Part shown: piece by piece, positions 57,491 through 64,000 of the stretch
How positions within the stretch are numbered: position 1 is the stretch's first letter
How the letters are laid out: every line of letters starts with the position of its first letter
Assembly: GCA_964016885.1 (NCBI GenBank)
Contig: OZ024741.1
Coordinates: 111,786,001-111,850,000, forward strand
Origin: Eledone cirrhosa
Lineage: Eukaryota
Direction: 5' to 3'
Length of the DNA: 64,000 bases
Notes under the pieces: model-generated
What the model saw: only the letters and a program-made list of their open reading frames with translations
Told to the model about the DNA's origin: nothing
Databases searched by the model: none
Position numbers and translations under genes: made by a program

Positions 57491-58789
57491 ATTTTCTACT
57501 GTGTCTGAAGAAATGACCATATGGTGATATATTTAATCTGTCACTAGGATGCTTTTAGGGGAGTCCCCAGATGTGGTGGCTGCTTAAATAGTGTCATGGC
57601 GCTGCGCTTCTTTTTCTGACTAAATCAGATAAAAAGATAGTACTTAATCTACTGGCAAGTAGCATTAATCTCTAACATATATTAATTTTTTTTTTTTCGT
57701 TTCAATTTACTTGCCTTTTACGGTGGACGCTGCATGGACAAATGATAAAGAAATTCGATTTACAATCATAAGGAGCTGGTTTGATCTATTGCGTGGCATC
57801 ATGGGCAAATGTTAATTACCATAGACTTCTGAGAGAAACTGTTTGGAAACCGATCGGGTGGGTTGGCCTGTATGTATAATTTTAAGGGTTAACCGTGTTA
57901 TAATACTATGTCACGCTGTATTTCCCTAATAATTATGTTGAGTGCTTGTGGAATGATCTGCCCCGTACACTATAACAAGTTGACTTGTAACTGTGATTTA
58001 AAGGGCCATTCTTGACACACTACTGCATCACGCCGAATTTCCTTCAGAATTCCGTTGTGGGTACACTTGCCGGTGAAATGCTCAGCCATTTACACTATAA
58101 AATATATCAAAGAGCAAGACTTGTCCTACTGTGTCACCATGAATTTCTCTGAGAATTACATTAAGGGTACACACGTTAATTTCATGAGCAGTCTGTTCTA
58201 GTGATCGAACAACTGGAATTCCCATTGTCAAAACCATTCCACATTTTAATACATTTTTTTTATTCGTCAGCCAACTAATTCCTATGTCAGACAGAATGGC
58301 AATATTTAATAAATCGGTTAATAATTTTTTCAATAAACACATTGACGATTCTTTTTTCAATAAATACACTGACAATTCTATTGAAAACTGGGTTGATAGG
58401 TTATTTCATTCAGTAGACATACTGAAAATTATCTCAGAGGGTAACGAACTCATATATATATATATATGTACAGAAATGTAGCCCGTGATAGAATCGTAGA
58501 AATAACGTTGTGACATTTTGGCATTCATCCAGAGAACGAGAAAGAGAGAGAGAGAGAGAGTTGATCCCACTACTTTAATTATAGACCGCGAAAGGATGAA
58601 AAGTAAAGTTGACCTCTTCGAAATGAGTACCACGAAGCAGAGACCCGGACGAACTCATACATAACTATATTCTAAAGTATTTATTGCTCGATTCCTCAAG
58701 TAATTTGGTTGGAAGAAAAATAATTGCCCAGAAGTCGAGTCATTGTAGATATTGAAAACACGCGCACACGCACACAAACACATACAGGT

Positions 58790-59010
58790 GACGGTTCAAT
58801 ATTCCCTATAGACCCTACAGATAGCTGGTCTGCCTACACTTGATAGCAGTTGTTCGACACAAACCCAAAGATCTGCAATATACGTACACTGGGCGATAGC
58901 ATACGGGATGGTTTCGTTGTCCTGCATGTATCTGGGATGGTTCGGCTGGTGGCACATCCGTATCTGTAGTGCTTGTCTCAACACTCTGTAGAACAGCCAT
59001 GCCATGGACT
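58790..59010 (-). mobile_element. fragment of a Tx1-like LINE ORF2 C-terminus
   Basis: AWLFYR...NETIPYAIAQCTYIADLWVCVEQLLS aligns with AWQCYR...DETVLHALVQCPCITDLWSYVLQLLS of the 54-57 kb LINE. Confidence 0.75.
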
Positions 59011-60084
59011 TTAGAAATTATCCATATTCCCCGACCTGACCCCCCCCCCCCCCCCAAAAAAAAAGCTTGTTCAGATAGTCCATGTCAACGCCCAGAGCCG
59101 CTCCCAGATTATCGTCACACACCTTTACTGACCTGGACGGGATTTGAACACAGAACGTAAAGAGCCGTAACTAAATGCCGTAAATCATTTTGTTTGATGC
59201 TTTAAACATTTAAACAATTCACCGTCCTTGGTTTCTAATTCTGCCAGTCGGCCATCTTGAATAGTGAGTGATAGTGAAAGACGAGATTCGACCTTCGAAA
59301 TCAAGTTTGATAAGCGTGAAAAGTGTATGAACACCCTTGGCTAACCTTCAAACTTTCTTTTTCAAATATCGATTATACAAATAACGTTTTTAGATACTCT
59401 CCAGACAGTTTGTCTAACTGGTTTGATATCATATCAGAATATGGTTATAATTAGAGCTTAATGATACGATACAACAACATATGAGACGGAATGCTCAGTA
59501 TAATAGTGCTAATGACGACAATTATCTTACTACATTAGCAAAATACATACTGTTAGGAAATATTTAGAAAAGAGTTAGAAAATGGAAAATATGTTGGTGT
59601 ATTTTTTTATCTAACATCTAATCAGTGCTAAATCTTTGACTATCCTATGTTTATTGCAGACATACTGACAGGGTTTACGTTTAACTCTTTCGTTACTATA
59701 TATTTCTAATGAAAAGCATTGCCTATCGTTTGAAATAACGTTGAAAATAATCAAGAATACGGCCAGATTTAGTAATATAACTAACTATGCCATTGTATAT
59801 TATAAACTATGTAATACGATGCCTGAAGTCCGATGACGTTCATCGCTTCCATTGGAGCAAGTTGGTTATTGATTGACTGGAAGGTCCAGAGTATCGTTTT
59901 GAACGACGTGTTTTAGTTTAATTTAAGTCTGGTGAAATGTGTGTATGGTGAGTGGAGTTCATTATATAATTATGATTTGCATTTGCTTGAATTCGTGGCT
60001 TGGTTTAGGTTTGTTTACACTCTAGTTCAGACAAGCGAAGATTTTAGTTGTATATATATATATATACATACACACACACACAAA

Positions 60085-60200
<116 letters not shown>

Positions 60201-60797
60201 AATTATAACGAGCCAGACAATTAGATTTCGTCTAGGATCGCAGATGATCAAAATAAAACCGTATATTGTAAATATGAAGTTGCATGTTAGAGTGGACACA
60301 ATACGTTAGATAGTGTGGATAAACGGATTTGTATAGTTTCAACGCAGTGTCCTGTGAGCAGTTGATGCATTAACAAAATACCGTGCACAGGTGTTATTTC
60401 CGAAACAATTCGAGAAATTGCATTTAGTCTGGACCGACGGAGCAAGCGATCAACGGAGTTCAGTCCTAAATTTTGGCGGTGGAATCTGTCCATGATACCA
60501 GCAGAACCATATTTAACCTAACTATAGCAGTGGTAGTAGTCCAACGTTGTGACAGCATCACGTGACCGTCTAAAGAGGAAGGTAGTCATATTTCCTCATT
60601 AGAACAAAACACACTATTGGCGGTTAAATTCAAGCAGTTTGAAAATCGTATCAGAGATCTCAGCCGAGGTAATCATATAAACAACAAATGCTAATACTAT
60701 CTATCGGTTGCAACTCCAGATAGTAGGAACAACGTGAAATAAAGTGTCTTGCCCAAGGACATAACGCATCACCTGGTCTGGTAATCGAACTCACAAT

Positions 60798-60853
<56 letters not shown>

Positions 60854-60860
60854 CTATCTA

Positions 60861-60908
<48 letters not shown>

Positions 60909-61033
60909 ATATAAGCAAAGAGATACGCACTCATCAGATAAAATACAAGATTTGTTTTATAACTAGTGACACACCCAGGAATCAGACCTTAACGGTTCAG
61001 GTTCCGTTTGGATATATATATATATATATATAT

Positions 61034-61899
61034 ATAAAGAATTAATATATCTAGTAACATATATATACATACAGATGCATATCAATGCTAGCAAATATAT
61101 AGGTTTTGTCTTAGTAACTTTGTGGTTCAATGCATGGGGTTGCAGAACAATAATATGAGAGACGTAAAATAAGAAAATTATAAAATTAACTTACTTACTA
61201 AAATTTCACTCCCAACTAATTAGTTTCTGAAATGGAATAAATATACTTTCCGAAGAAAATTTAGAGAATCATTTCGTCGTCAGGGAAGTCTATTCTCAGC
61301 TAAGTATCCAGGCAAAGCGTGGACTCTGGAAACTTATACAAAAATAATTCAGTGGATAGAAAATAGCAAAGCGTGGACTGAATTCCTAGCCATTGAAAAA
61401 ATCACTGCCTACTGCAAAGTTACTAAGACAATACCTATATATTTGCTAGCATTGACATGCATCTGTATGTATATATATGTTACTAGATATATTAATTCTT
61501 TATAATTATCTCCAAATTATTTGTCGAGCAATATTGGCCAAGACTGCTGCTATGGTAGCAGGCAGGCCGCTGTCTTCTTAACAAACCACTTTCCACTGAT
61601 TGACCTCGATGTCACGTGATTGATTCTCTTTGAATTTGCCACCGACACAGTAGGCAGTGATTTTTTCAATGGCTAGGAATTCATTCCACGCTTTGCTATT
61701 TTCTATCCACTGAATTATTTTTGTATAAGTTTCCAGAGTCCACGCTTTGCCTGGATACTTAGCTGAGAATAGACTTCCCTGACGACGAAATGATTCTCTA
61801 AATTTTCTTCGGAAAGTATATTTATTCCATGTCAGAAACTAATTAGTTGGGAGTGAAATTTTAGTAAGTAAGTTAATTTTATAATTTTCTTATTTTACG

Positions 61900-61908
<9 letters not shown>
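61034..61908. mobile_element. retrozyme-like fold-back element with circularly permuted arms
   Basis: 61034-61122 is the reverse complement of 61413-61502, and 61155-61412 is the reverse complement of 61648-61908. Both ends abut (AT)n. Confidence 0.87.
61773..61854 (+). ncRNA. type I hammerhead ribozyme (mirror copy at 61208-61289, minus)
   Basis: acttcc-CTGACGA-cgaaatg...catgtca-GAAA-ctaattagtt-gggagt, with palindromic stem III ACTAATTAGT. Confidence 0.78.
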
Positions 61909-61985
<77 letters not shown>

Positions 61986-63459
61986 AATCAACACATGGGA
62001 ACAATGACATACAGTGATGACGTATTAGTTTAACGATTGATATAATTAATTTTTGGGACACTTCTCCTTCATCGGAACATAGAACAGAGAAGATGCTTGA
62101 GAGAGAGAGAGAGAGAGAGAGAGAAAGAAAGAGATAGAGAGAAGTAGAAGAACGACAGAAAAAGACGAATTGGGAAAAAGGGTAGAGAGGAAAGAAAGCA
62201 TGTGCTGTTGTTAGTCAGAATAGAAGGGAGGAAAGGTTAGGGGTAGCGAAGAGGAGGAGAGAAGGCAAAAGTAAAGAGAGAAGGGGAGGAAAAAATGGGA
62301 AACGGGACAACAAACGTGGGGAATAAAGAGAGGAAGGTGTTGAGTTATAGAAGTTGTGAGGAGTAGCGAGATATTGATGTAGTGAAAAGTGTCCTATTAT
62401 CCGAGTAGAAATCCGAGTAGAGATTCAGGTAAAACCTAGGTGTGTGTGTGAGTGTGTGTGTGTATGTGTGTGTGTGTGTGCGTATGTGATGTGTATGTGT
62501 GAGAGAGTGTGTGTGTAAGTGGTGTGTGTGTATGAACATGTCTATATTTACGTTTAATATTTAATCTCAGAACTTAGCGGTTCAACATAAAAAAGATCCA
62601 TGAAATAGGTACCAGACTTGAAAAACTAACTACTGGTGTCAATAGAATTGACTCCAATCCCTCCCTTCAAACGGTGCCCCTAAATGGTCGTAGACTAATG
62701 ACTGAATAAGTTAAAGAATATAGGAATAAACGAATAATGCATCTTAAAAGCTTGTAAACATCGCGGTATTAGAGAATATTGTAATCATTTCGGACAGTTA
62801 TGTAAATGCTACACTGAAAATAACTATTTATTCCGTTGATGATATTAGAAATCTCGTCAAATGTCCTCCAATCAGAGTTGATCTATTTTAAACCAGGCAG
62901 TGAATCGGCAGATTGGTTATGATGGCGGATTAAAAAATGGGTCAGTGTTTGTTTTGTCTCACTATGCTCTAATTTCAAATCTCAGCTTAGACCCTGAGAG
63001 GGATGGACTCCGGCAGGCTTAAAATGCCCATGACACGCTGTGTGTCAGGAGTTAAGTGCCTTTTCTTAAATAGCAGACACAATTCATACCTTTGAAATGT
63101 TATTTTTTTTAACAAACCAAAATAAACGGCTTTGAAAGAGATGGAGTGAGCCATTGCATATTTTCATAGTTGGTTCATGCTGCTACCGTGGTCACTGCAC
63201 ACACACACGCACACACAGACACACATACATACACACACATACACAAGACACAATTACATTACAATTTTCACGCACCCATAATCATAATGTTAGCATAAAC
63301 AGGTCAATTATCGTGGATAAATCTTAATCACCATCTTTCGTATTGAAATAAGAGCAGATATACAGAAAGAGAAAATATCTGATGGGCATAGATAAGACAC
63401 CATGGACAGCAGAATTAGTAAATATTTATCCGAACCATGAGCATTATTTCATTTACAGT

Positions 63460-63622
63460 ATCAGAAGAGGGTCGGACGCAAAGAGTTACGTCCCTTTAGG
63501 ATCTGAGTTCAAATCCTGCCGAGGTTAACTTTGCCTTTCATCCTAACGGGGTCGATAAAATAAAGTACCAGTAATGTACTGGGGAATTTGCTGGCCTTGT
63601 GCCAAAAGTAGAAACAATTATT
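63460..63622 (+). mobile_element. tRNA-derived SINE
   Basis: Copy of the major family with a small internal deletion. Confidence 0.8.
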
Positions 63623-64000
63623 TCATTTAATTTACAGGTTTCTCTCACTAGACTACGATCATGTTTGGGCACTGCCTTAGAGGGATTCAGTCGATTATGA
63701 TTATATAATTATGATTTTCAGTGCTCCTACTTGTTTTATTGATCTCTTTTTTGGTCGAACCGCTAAGTCATGGGACATAATACAGAAGCCCCCCCCCCCC
63801 TGCCATATATATATATATATTTATTAAAATAACAGATTAAAGTTTAAGCAAAGAATCGCTGCTTTCACCCTTAACGGGATCTTCTGAAACTAAAAAGGTC
63901 AATCTGTGAACGCAGAAGTAAATATTTCAAAAAACGTTGCAACCGAAGGAACACAGGAAGACGATACTCTGTCTTTAATATCTTTAATATATATATATAT

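Noticed and set aside
58082-58481. Possible host exon (97-aa ORF in non-repetitive DNA)
   Set aside because: No recognisable domain or convincing splice pair; it needs a database search.

Overview
This is AT-rich, microsatellite-dense, non-coding eukaryotic DNA. The SINE family and repeat style suggest an octopus or other cephalopod, which is an inference. I found no intact host gene, and almost all short ORFs in the track are translations of (AT)n, (CA)n or (AG)n repeats. The recognisable content is retroelements: four 5'-truncated Penelope-like elements (PLEs) with a Naiad-type GIY-YIG endonuclease, one of which keeps a continuous RT-EN ORF; a further PLE RT fragment; a decayed Tx1/L1-clade LINE; two decayed RTE-clade LINEs; and many tRNA-derived SINEs. 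The most striking signal is about 25-30 type I hammerhead-ribozyme motifs (CTGANGA...GAAA...TH, usually with a palindromic stem III). They lie near the outer ends of fold-back (inverted-repeat) elements inserted into (AT)n tracts. Coding PLEs and small non-coding, retrozyme-like units of about 420-530 nt share one architecture: (AT)n - unpaired extension - arm - spacer - inverted arm - (AT)n, with ribozyme-sense strands pointing outward. One family consistently carries a variant CCGANGA core. All coordinates were read by eye and may be off by a few bases.
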